The translations under genes and the position numbers were made by a program. This document shows, piece by piece, positions 52,136 through 61,144 of a stretch of DNA of 64,000 nt. This stretch comes from Barthelona sp. PCE (taxonomy: Eukaryota): contig JAUFOR010000001.1 of assembly GCA_040285745.1 (NCBI GenBank), positions 372,001 to 436,000 on the forward strand, read 5' to 3'. Position 1 is the stretch's first letter. Each line of letters starts with the position of its first letter. Under the pieces are notes generated by a model. It was not told where the DNA came from. It saw nothing but the letters and a program-made list of their open reading frames with translations, and searched no databases.

Positions 52136-53626
52136 ATGAAGTTGTTTTGTTTATTGGCAATTGTAACCCTCGCAATGGGTGTCAAATTGTTCATGGTCCA
52201 CATTGACGATATCGAACACACCGAGTTCATGAACAAGCTTCAGAACTATTGTGTCAACCAGAACTTTGATGTTTCACCAGAATTCAAGCATAAGGATGGG
52301 TTTGCTGTTCTTATTTCGGGCGATAAACATTGTCGTGAATGTTTCGAAGACGAAGACTTGACAGTTGATGAGTTTACTTCAGATCTTCACAAAAAATTGT
52401 TTGATCGTCCAGAGTCATCCTTCCAGCTGCGTCAGTCAAAGATGTCCAAATTCTTAGAGACACATCGCAATCGTAGAAGCGCTTCACGCACTGAAACGAA
52501 TGTTGGGTCTCAGCACAATGTTGACCAAAAGACTTATGAAATCGCACTCAAGCGCCTCAAAGATACGGTAAAGCATAACAAAGACCTTCTGAGTGTACTT
52601 GTTACCCATATTCGTGATCATTACAATGAGCTGTATGTTCAATACCAAAATTTGATACGCAACATGGATGTTGACGATGTCAAGCCCGTTGTCATCAAGG
52701 CAATCGAATTACGTATCAAGATTGGGGAGAAAGCAATCGAACAGATGGGGGAGACACTTGTTAACACAGCGCAGAAACTAACGATTTCGAGATTGACGGT
52801 GGAAAGTGCTGAAAGGGGTAACACCCATGATCTTGAACTGGCTTTGGATCTCAGCCGTGGCTTCCTTCAAAAGAGAAAGGATGATACAATGGAAACGTTC
52901 ATCAATGACGTCTGTGATGTTTTGTCCTACTTTAAGCTTGATTGCCATGCGGAAGTTGATGTCAATAAGCATATTTCAGCATTCTACGATAGAATTTCTG
53001 AGGCACAGTCTCATTTCGACGAAGTGGTGCGTTCTCACCTGATCAATATCAAGAATGGTGTCAGAGACACGGTTTTTGACTTCGAAGAACTGGTTTCTGG
53101 CGTATACTACACTATAATGGAAAAAGACATGATAATGCACTTCACAAACAGTAATATTGCACTTCGTAACATTATGTCTGATGTAATCAAAGCTATTACT
53201 GTCAATGTCGACGGCCTCCGCAGTTTACTGAGCAATTTGGAGGATGAGAAGAATGAAGAAGTGGTGAACAAAAAGGTCGATCAGTATCTGAACGTTAAGC
53301 AAGGCAAGACAATTGCACCTAAGGAAGAGAATACTTCCATTGAGGACGCACTGAAGCATATCAAGAGTGTCGCAATGCAGTTGAGAGAGCAGCTGGAACT
53401 GAACAAGAAGATCAGAGAAGATTTAATACGTGAAACTCACAAGGCTGTCGAAAAGGCTGCAGGAGAAGCTTTATCGGGTATTTCTGAACAGCTGATGGGC
53501 CATGATGGTCTTCTGGATAAGATCGAAAAGCTTAAAAGAATGAGGTTGCCTGGATTTCATAAAAAGGCTAAGAAAGAAGAGGTTAAAGAAGAGAAGGAAA
53601 TGTCTGAAATGTTAGACGATCTCTAA
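52136..53626 (+). CDS. Secreted or ER-luminal helical/coiled-coil protein of unknown function
   Basis: 496 aa; signal peptide MKLFCLLAIVTLAMG; RNRR basic site; long amphipathic helices; ends in LDDL. Confidence 0.8.
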   Translation: MKLFCLLAIVTLAMGVKLFMVHIDDIEHTEFMNKLQNYCVNQNFDVSPEFKHKDGFAVLISGDKHCRECFEDEDLTVDEFTSDLHKKLFDRPESSFQLRQSKMSKFLETHRNRRSASRTETNVGSQHNVDQKTYEIALKRLKDTVKHNKDLLSVLVTHIRDHYNELYVQYQNLIRNMDVDDVKPVVIKAIELRIKIGEKAIEQMGETLVNTAQKLTISRLTVESAERGNTHDLELALDLSRGFLQKRKDDTMETFINDVCDVLSYFKLDCHAEVDVNKHISAFYDRISEAQSHFDEVVRSHLINIKNGVRDTVFDFEELVSGVYYTIMEKDMIMHFTNSNIALRNIMSDVIKAITVNVDGLRSLLSNLEDEKNEEVVNKKVDQYLNVKQGKTIAPKEENTSIEDALKHIKSVAMQLREQLELNKKIREDLIRETHKAVEKAAGEALSGISEQLMGHDGLLDKIEKLKRMRLPGFHKKAKKEEVKEEKEMSEMLDDL

Positions 53627-53654
53627 TTCCAATGTTAAATAACTGTTAATAAAT

Positions 53655-56600
53655 TTATTCATCATCTTCATCGTCATCATCCTCAATGACACGTGTACGG
53701 TGCACTTTCTTTGGCGGCTCCTCGGTTGGCGCTGCATGGATAGCTTGATCCTCTGAAGCCATACGTGCACGGTTCAGGGTCTCAGTATCTACTTCTGCTG
53801 CTGCTGCTGCTGCTGCCTCTTCTTTTTCTTCTTCCACAAGAGCATTGGCGCGTTCAAAGATAGTTACTGCCTCAACCTCGTCTTCTGATTCCAGATCACT
53901 CTCCTCAGTTTCGTATCCCTTGAGCTCATCATCAACGGTAATCTTTGAGATATCAGCAAGCGCTGCCTCTGTGGCCTCTTTAGCTGCCTCCTTCTTAGAT
54001 TTACGACGCGGTTTGCTCTTCTTATCCTCAGGAACTGATGATTCACGATCCAACTCCTCCTGTGCCTTCTTAAGACGCTGTTGCTGATCATCCTTGAACT
54101 TGCGCATCATCTCTTTTCTCTCCTTTTCTTCTTGAAGTATGCGCTCTTGTGCTTCGTTCTCCTGACGACGTTTCTCCTCGATTTGTTGCTGACGCTCGCG
54201 TTCTGTTGTCTCCATTGTCTTTCTAAAAACATCATACTGTTCCTCTAATCGCGGAATCAAATCGGAGAGGGAGTCCAGTACACCGTCAATACGATCAATG
54301 AACCCTGTGTAATCATACCTCTTCAACGGCAACAAACGACGTGGGAGATCCTTGGTGTCAACATAAGCCTTCGCACCCTCAAAAAGACGCTTACTGTTGG
54401 CAAACAGATCACGGATCTCGTACTCATCCTTGAGAATCTTCTGAAGATCTGCAGTGTTGCTGATGTTGATCCTCTTACGTTCCAAATTATAATACGAGAA
54501 GCCTGTACAGTCCTGCATAGAACGAGCGAGATCGTACGAAATGAGCGCAAAATTGTGCATGATGAGCACGTTTTCAGGGTTCTCCCGGTGTAAATCAGTT
54601 AAAAGAGGTACGATATTGCTAAATTGTGACTGTGCGAGCTCGTAACGAGACTGGTTTCGCAGCTTGTAACCCTGTGACGCCACACTAAGCATCAAGAGTT
54701 CCTTCCACCTGATTGATAAAATTGCATCATCCTCAATAACTTGCATAGGGAAACTTTGAAGCGTGTTTTCGGCAGAAATAAAATCTTCCATTAAAATATG
54801 ACACTGTACAAGCCCCAACATCACATCGATATTACTTTCTTCAATAACCTTCAACTTACGGAACATCTCACGTGTCGACTCGGCCATGGCACGGAAAGTC
54901 ACCTTAAGCTGCATGTTCTGAGTCTGCGTGTTTGTCTGCTCCACGAATGTTTTGAAACGTTTAACCATTTCACCCATGATAACTGCTAAAAAGAGAACGA
55001 CATAGAAGTTGTTCTTGTTGTTTTTGCGGAGATCAAGCAAGTTGCGGAAGGACGACTCAAGCGTCTTGGAGGCGTTCGAGGTACGCTCGGACAGATAAAT
55101 GGTGTGGTAGAGCTTAGCAATGGTGATAAAGTTTGCTGTGGACTGCGACGACGTGTCTGCGAAATCATCGACCGCTTCCCATTGGGAATTCTTCAGCAAA
55201 AGAGCAATGACGTAATCACTTACCAGCTTCTTACCCTTAGCACCGTCAACACTGCGCTTGTACAAATCCATAATTGTCTTGACGATGAATTCAACAGTGG
55301 TCTTACGCTGAGCAACATACTGGGGAACTTGTGGAGATCCCGCCTTACGTGCCTGCCTGAGGTTTTCCGCTGAAATTTCGTCAATAAGAGAGCAGTACTT
55401 GAGCGTGACATGGACGAACTGTTTGTTCTTTTTGAGTATTCCTTGTAGAATATTCTTAGCCTCCAAAATGAGTCCCTGGCGCTCCTTTACCATGCTCATG
55501 TTGAACTCTGTATGGATGCAAAGGTATTGCCAGAACATGTTGACGAGTTTCTCCGGTGGAACATCACCATCATCGGCACATCCTAGCTTGAGGATACCGT
55601 TTTCTTGCTGTGATGCAATCTCGTCCTTGCGCAGACGCTTAGATACGCCAAAGCAACGCTCTGCACGGTCGATCTGGCCGAGCATAAGATACGTTGTGCC
55701 AAGGTTGTGCACCAGCACGGATGAAACAAAGTTCGGGTCGCCGCACGCCGTGATTCTGTCGTAATCCTCAATCATTCCCTGTTCAAACCCCCCAAGACGT
55801 AACGCGATAAGGTAACAGTTGAGAGATTCGGTACAGTTGCTCACAGTTAAGGGAAGAGAGTGAAGAATTGACGCATGGGTCAACCAGAACGCGGGCATCG
55901 TCTTACCTGCCTTCCAGTTCTGCATGTTCTCAAGTGCAGCCTTGTGCTGACCGGAACGTAGTTGTAAGACAACGTGAATGTATCTGATAAGAGGTTCATT
56001 GGGGTATCTCTTAAGGATCGCAAGAAGGCGCGACTGTAGGGCAACGATCTCTTGTTGCACCCTCTCTTGCTGCGCCTTTGTGTCGATAGTGTTTGACAGC
56101 ACATGATCATTGAAAGATTTGGCCTCAAACGAAAGTAAACTCAGGACAAGAGAAATGAGAATTGATGAGAATGAAGCGGGGAGGAACTTCTGCTGACCCA
56201 ACATGAAGTATTTCTTGGCGGCCTTGAAATAGTCGATACGTTGAGATAAACCCTGACAATTGAGACCGAGCTCGTGTTGATACCGTCCTCGAACATAATT
56301 GTTACGGGCAACCAGCTCCTCAGACAGCGACAGCGTACGGCCGGAATTGACGGCCAATGAGTTGCCCAATCCATACTTGTTAACCTTAAGGCAAACAAAA
56401 GCCAAAAAGGCTTGAACGAAAGGATTCTGGCCGTGTGCTGTAACGAGACGCTCCATTCGCTCGTTACACAGCTCCTCCTGTGCAGCGAATTGCTGTCGGA
56501 GCTCCTTTGAAGTTGCAATCTCCTGAATGTAACCGAAACGGTTGTTAAGATGAAGACCAATGAGACCGACGAGACCACAAATATCAGTGGCATCCAAGGT

Positions 56601-57278
56601 CACTGCTCGGTGGAACGCATGGTATGCGACAGAAACATTACCAAGATAGTAATGACAGAGACCAATACATGACCTTACTGATGGTGGGGCAGTGGGACAA
56701 CTACGAAGTACAAAAACAAAACGCTCAAGCGCCTTCTTGTAGTCCTTCGTCTTGAAGAAGCTGCACCCAAGCAACATAGATGCTGAGATAATAAACCGAC
56801 TTGAGTTGCTGACACCCTTCAGGTGATCTTGGGCTTCTTGGAACTTGTTTGAGTAGAAACAGAGTAGGCCCTGTGCGTAACCGACGACGTCTTTGCTACT
56901 TGACTCGGTGAGAAGATCATAAAATGAACCAGCAAAACGGTCTGCTTCATCGATTTCACTTGTGTACAGCGCCTTCTGCTTTGAAGCAATTGCGCTCCTT
57001 AAGTGGAAGAACTCCCGAGAGAGGAGTGCATCCTGAAAGGCAGTCATATCAGCAGATGAAAGTTTGTGACGCGGTTTAGATATAATGGTCTGATTAAGAT
57101 CCATGAATACAGAAACCTCATTGTTAAGCAGTGCAAAGATCGAAACGCGCTGCCAGTGAGCGAGCATAACGTTTTCCTTTGAAAGGAAGTACTTCAAAGA
57201 ATCAAAATCCTGTAGGTGTGTAGTTCGGATGCGAATGACCTTGCCATCGTTGCCAAATGGAACCAAAATGGAATCCAT
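53655..57278 (-). CDS. CTR9: TPR protein, PAF1 complex subunit CTR9 homolog
   Basis: 1207 aa; N-terminus ILVPFG..KVIRI...L...L.KE...W; TPR KDYKKALERF..VLRSCPTAPPSVRSCIGLCHYYLG...A..AF.RAV.LD; C-terminal charged coiled coil and acidic tail. Confidence 0.78.
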   Translation of the reverse strand: MDSILVPFGNDGKVIRIRTTHLQDFDSLKYFLSKENVMLAHWQRVSIFALLNNEVSVFMDLNQTIISKPRHKLSSADMTAFQDALLSREFFHLRSAIASKQKALYTSEIDEADRFAGSFYDLLTESSSKDVVGYAQGLLCFYSNKFQEAQDHLKGVSNSSRFIISASMLLGCSFFKTKDYKKALERFVFVLRSCPTAPPSVRSCIGLCHYYLGNVSVAYHAFHRAVTLDATDICGLVGLIGLHLNNRFGYIQEIATSKELRQQFAAQEELCNERMERLVTAHGQNPFVQAFLAFVCLKVNKYGLGNSLAVNSGRTLSLSEELVARNNYVRGRYQHELGLNCQGLSQRIDYFKAAKKYFMLGQQKFLPASFSSILISLVLSLLSFEAKSFNDHVLSNTIDTKAQQERVQQEIVALQSRLLAILKRYPNEPLIRYIHVVLQLRSGQHKAALENMQNWKAGKTMPAFWLTHASILHSLPLTVSNCTESLNCYLIALRLGGFEQGMIEDYDRITACGDPNFVSSVLVHNLGTTYLMLGQIDRAERCFGVSKRLRKDEIASQQENGILKLGCADDGDVPPEKLVNMFWQYLCIHTEFNMSMVKERQGLILEAKNILQGILKKNKQFVHVTLKYCSLIDEISAENLRQARKAGSPQVPQYVAQRKTTVEFIVKTIMDLYKRSVDGAKGKKLVSDYVIALLLKNSQWEAVDDFADTSSQSTANFITIAKLYHTIYLSERTSNASKTLESSFRNLLDLRKNNKNNFYVVLFLAVIMGEMVKRFKTFVEQTNTQTQNMQLKVTFRAMAESTREMFRKLKVIEESNIDVMLGLVQCHILMEDFISAENTLQSFPMQVIEDDAILSIRWKELLMLSVASQGYKLRNQSRYELAQSQFSNIVPLLTDLHRENPENVLIMHNFALISYDLARSMQDCTGFSYYNLERKRINISNTADLQKILKDEYEIRDLFANSKRLFEGAKAYVDTKDLPRRLLPLKRYDYTGFIDRIDGVLDSLSDLIPRLEEQYDVFRKTMETTERERQQQIEEKRRQENEAQERILQEEKERKEMMRKFKDDQQQRLKKAQEELDRESSVPEDKKSKPRRKSKKEAAKEATEAALADISKITVDDELKGYETEESDLESEDEVEAVTIFERANALVEEEKEEAAAAAAAEVDTETLNRARMASEDQAIHAAPTEEPPKKVHRTRVIEDDDDEDDE

Positions 57279-57595
57279 TGTTTGGAATATACGATAACTT
57301 AGAAAGAGTAAAGAAATCCAAAAACAACTGAATATATTGTTAACTAGTTATAATTTATGTCCCCAAGTAACATAAATTCTCATGTTACATGTAAAAAACA
57401 ATGCAAAATTTGTAAAAACCATTGATCCCAAAGTAGGCAGGGTTGAACAACAAAAATGCCTTTCACCACAATTTTATTCCCAAAACTTGAGTCTATAGGA
57501 ACGTTAGAACTGCAGTGGGCGAAGAAATAGTCGCCATCAAGTAAGTGAACTTGTTCAAACGTTTTTACTACCCTAATCGACGTACACCGTATAAG

Positions 57596-58322
57596 ATGAG
57601 CAACAGACACAGTAACCGCAACAACTTCACAACCACACGTATGCATATCATTAAAATCTTGTTATTTGGATATTTTTTGAAGCTAACATTTAGGAATGAA
57701 CAGAACCCAGCCTCCTAAGGCGGGTGCGTTCCGCAAGCGCCGTGCTAGACCCTCTGACTTCCGTAGATTCTATGACAGAGGTGACCTTCAAGTTGGTGTT
57801 GATTTTAGCGGACCTCACAACCGTATTAAGTGGAAGATCCCCTTAGAGAAGTTAGATATGGCACACTTCCTCCCTATCTTCTTCTCTGGCCTTCGGGAAA
57901 AGAAGGAGCCTTACAGATTCCTTGCTAGAGAAGGTACTATTCGTCTTTTAGAAGATGGTGGCTCTGCTAACATCCTCCCAGTCATCCCCCAACTGATTCT
58001 GCCGATTAAAGAGGCCCTTAATACCCGTGATCCCGAAATCATTTGTGTTGTTCTCAAGATGATTCAGCTTCTTGTACAATCTGGAGACGTCATTGGTGAG
58101 AACCTTGTGCCCTATTACAGACAAATCTTGCCTGTTTTGAACTTATTCCTTAACAGAAATGTCAACCTTGGTGATGGTATTGAATATGGTCAGCGTAAGA
58201 GAGAAAACATGGGTGATCTTATCTTGGAAACATTGCAGCTCTTGGAGATCCATGGTGGACAAGACGCATACGTGAACATTAAGTATCTTGTCCCTCAGTA
58301 TGAGAGCGTTGTTATCCGCTAA
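57596..58322 (+). CDS. PACRG: Parkin co-regulated protein (axonemal inner junction); spliced model 57596-57638 + 57694-58322, 223 aa
   Basis: [79 protein letters not shown]. An upstream exon [14 protein letters not shown] joins in frame across the intron. Confidence 0.95.
57639..57693 (+). other. 55-nt spliceosomal intron in PACRG
   Basis: GTATGC...GCTAACATTTAG, AT-rich; removal gives C|GA and joins ATG 57596 in frame to the conserved ORF. Confidence 0.8.
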
Positions 58323-58385
58323 ACGTGAAAAACATTGTAAAATTATGGTATCAATTATTGTTTATTTTAATATGTAACTTGGTGT

Positions 58386-60446
58386 TTAAAAAACATTACC
58401 TTCCTTCTCCAAAAGAGCAACAAAGTCTTCAATGGTCATCAAGGTCTGCTCCTTCTCATCACGCTTGCGCACCATAACACTGTTGCTATTGGCTTCCTGC
58501 TCACCGACAACAACCATATAGTTGTATTGCGCGGTTTGAGCGTTGCGGATCTTCTTCGGGAGGGTGTTGGTAGACAAGTCTACATCCACATAGATCTTCT
58601 TGGACTTGAGAATGTCCTTAACAGACACAGCGTACTCGTGGAACACGCCAGTGACGGGGATGATCTGCACCTGTCGGGGTGAAAGCCAGAGAGGCCACTT
58701 ACCGGCGTAGTGCTCAGTGATCATTGCCAGAAAGCGCTCAAGTGAGCCCAAAATAGCACGGTGAATCATAACAGGGTACTCATCTTCACCATCGCGGTTC
58801 TTATACACAAGGTTAAAGGCGCGCGGCATTTGGAAATCGAGCTGAATGGTGGCACATTGGTGAGAACGGCGAAGGGCGTCACGTACTTTAATATCGATCT
58901 TAGGACCGTAGAAAGCACCATCACCCTCGTTGATACGATAAGGAAGACCAAGTTTCTGAAGAACAGAAGAAAGAGCGGCTTCTGCTCTTTCCCAGAACTC
59001 ATCATTGCCCATTGCCTTTTCGGGTCTGGTGGAAAGGGTGAGCTCAAACTCGAGCCCAATGAGATCGTAGATCTCACGAACCATGGAAAGAACTGACATG
59101 ATCTCTTCCTCAATCATGTGCGGTTCGATATAAATGTGACCGTCGTCTTGAATGAAGCGGCGGACACGACTGAGACCGGCGAGCGCACCTGAGTCCTCAT
59201 TGCGGTGGAGAACACCAAACTCTGCATAACGAACGGGCAGATCACGGTAAGAGTTCACTACGTTCTTGAAACAGACGCAATGGAAAGGACAGTTCATGGC
59301 AGCAAGACCAAAAATGCTGTTCTCCTTAACCTCCTCACCGCGGGCCCGCTTCTCTTCTATAACTGACTGCTTCTGACCAACCTCGAAAGTAAACATGTCC
59401 TCTTGGTAGTGCTCCCAATGACCGGAGGTCTCCCATAGCCTCTTATCAGCCATGTTGGGGGTCTGCACCTCCATGTAGTCGAACTTGTGATAAAAGCTTC
59501 GCACTAAGTCCATGAGTTTCTGATAAATACGCTGGCCGTGTGGTAAAAAGAAGGGAGATCCGGCAGACATATCGGGGTCAAAGAACCAGAGCTTCTGCTT
59601 GGCACCAATCTTGATATGGTTGCGTGCCTCGGCCTCCTTCAGGAACTTCTTATGTGCCTGAAGAGCCTTTTTATCAGGGAAAGTAATCATGCGAACACGC
59701 TGTAACTGTTCACCATCAGAGACACCACGCCACCAAGCGTTTGAAGCAGAAACAACCATGTATGCGCCAATGGACTTGGAAGAAAAGAGGTGTGGACCAC
59801 GACAGAGATCAACAAAGTCTCCTACTCTGAAAATAGAAACGGTCTCCTCCTCAGCAGGAATAACCTCATTAAGAATCTCAGTCTTGAACTTGGAGTACGC
59901 AAAGAGGTGCTTTGCGTCGTCTTTTGAAACAATCAACTTCTCAAACTTGTTAGGATTACGAACAGCAGCCTTATAAGCCTTCTCAATCTCAGAAACACGT
60001 GATGCATCAATGGTTGAACCATCCTGCAACTGAGCGTCGTAGAAAAAGCCACGTTCGTCACATGGACCAGTGCCAAGTTCTGCACCAAAAAGATCTTCAA
60101 GTACCATGCCCAAAACGTGAGCACTGGAGTGCCAAAAGACTTCCTTGCCTTCCTCGGAATCGAAGTCAAGGAGGAAGAGGCTGCAATCCTCCATCAAAGG
60201 TTCTTGCATACCCCAAAGCTGATTGTTGACTTTAGCTACACACGAACGCTTAGCCAATGATTTTGCGATCCCAGCAGCGATGGAATTGGGGGTTGAAATA
60301 CCTGCTTTACCAACGATGACGGTGCCATCAGGCATAGTAACGTTAATATCAACATCTTCAACTACATGATCAGAGACAGTGTATTTCTCCTTCAGTTCCT
60401 CGTAGATTGCTAACCTATCTGCAATAAACTGCTTGTCAAATGACAT
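58386..60446 (-). CDS. TARS1: Threonyl-tRNA synthetase, eukaryotic cytosolic type
   Basis: 686 aa; TGS domain, WHSSAH, DLCRGPH, LWETSGHW, MNCP, HRNE.SGAL.GLSRVRRF.QDDGH, GAFYGPKID, QCATIQLDF, IHRAILGSLERF, anticodon-binding domain. Confidence 0.97.
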   Translation of the reverse strand: MSFDKQFIADRLAIYEELKEKYTVSDHVVEDVDINVTMPDGTVIVGKAGISTPNSIAAGIAKSLAKRSCVAKVNNQLWGMQEPLMEDCSLFLLDFDSEEGKEVFWHSSAHVLGMVLEDLFGAELGTGPCDERGFFYDAQLQDGSTIDASRVSEIEKAYKAAVRNPNKFEKLIVSKDDAKHLFAYSKFKTEILNEVIPAEEETVSIFRVGDFVDLCRGPHLFSSKSIGAYMVVSASNAWWRGVSDGEQLQRVRMITFPDKKALQAHKKFLKEAEARNHIKIGAKQKLWFFDPDMSAGSPFFLPHGQRIYQKLMDLVRSFYHKFDYMEVQTPNMADKRLWETSGHWEHYQEDMFTFEVGQKQSVIEEKRARGEEVKENSIFGLAAMNCPFHCVCFKNVVNSYRDLPVRYAEFGVLHRNEDSGALAGLSRVRRFIQDDGHIYIEPHMIEEEIMSVLSMVREIYDLIGLEFELTLSTRPEKAMGNDEFWERAEAALSSVLQKLGLPYRINEGDGAFYGPKIDIKVRDALRRSHQCATIQLDFQMPRAFNLVYKNRDGEDEYPVMIHRAILGSLERFLAMITEHYAGKWPLWLSPRQVQIIPVTGVFHEYAVSVKDILKSKKIYVDVDLSTNTLPKKIRNAQTAQYNYMVVVGEQEANSNSVMVRKRDEKEQTLMTIEDFVALLEKEGNVF

Positions 60447-61110
60447 ATTTTCGTGAAATAAGTGAAAAAAATGAAATGAGGCGTTCTATTATTATACAAG
60501 GGAATTAGACGTCAGATATCTGTGAAATACTGTTTACTGATTAGTAAGGATGTGTAAAGTACGAAAAAATGTGGGCTTGATCATTGCTCAATATATGATT
60601 TTGGACCTTACATTGGTTATACAATGAACTTTACATTTACAGGGCGTATAGAACAGTATATGCTCTGATATATCATCACAAAATACCAGGAAATTTTGAT
60701 TTACAATTGATTGAAGTTACATTTTTCGGTTCTTAAAGCTATAAGAACTATGACAATTTTTTGAGAATTAGTATTACTGAACGGCACGCATGTGAATAAC
60801 ACGTTTATTTCGAAGAAGTAAATCTATCTGAGAAGTAAGCACAAGATTCTTCAAAAATTTGCACCACACTTCTTTCTCCCCCTTTTCTTTTTTAAAAAGG
60901 CGTTAGAACATTTTTCATCACCAACATAGCAATTGAGGTCGCTCACACTCCCGAACAAATGCCTAACTCCAAAGTAAATATCCAACACTAATAATGTTAC
61001 AAAAAGTTTTTTTTTTTGCATCAGAAGATGTTGTATGTCATCAAGTTTACCTCAAAAGCAAATGTGAAACCATGGAAACTCATTCTACTTTATACTACCT
61101 TTTCAAAACA

Positions 61111-61144
61111 GTAATAGGTGTTTTAAGCTTTGTAACGTGATCAG
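61111..61144 (+). other. Candidate 34-nt intron at 5' end of phosphodiesterase gene
   Basis: GTAATAG...TGTAACGTGATCAG; removal joins METHSTLYYLFKT (ATG 61072) in frame to MDVYSYL. Confidence 0.4.

Noticed and set aside
57541-57595. Second GTAAGT...AAG 55-nt intron candidate upstream of PACRG
   Set aside because: The upstream frame hits TAG with no ATG, and branch-point spacing differs from the supported intron; at most a 5' UTR intron
57380-57646. 88-aa minus-strand ORF
   Set aside because: Overlaps PACRG exon 1, its intron and the divergent promoter region; no protein-like features
43550-58322. Functional ciliary gene cluster (WDR92, PACRG, giant protein)
   Set aside because: These genes are interspersed with unrelated housekeeping genes; co-location in a compact flagellate genome is not evidence of shared function
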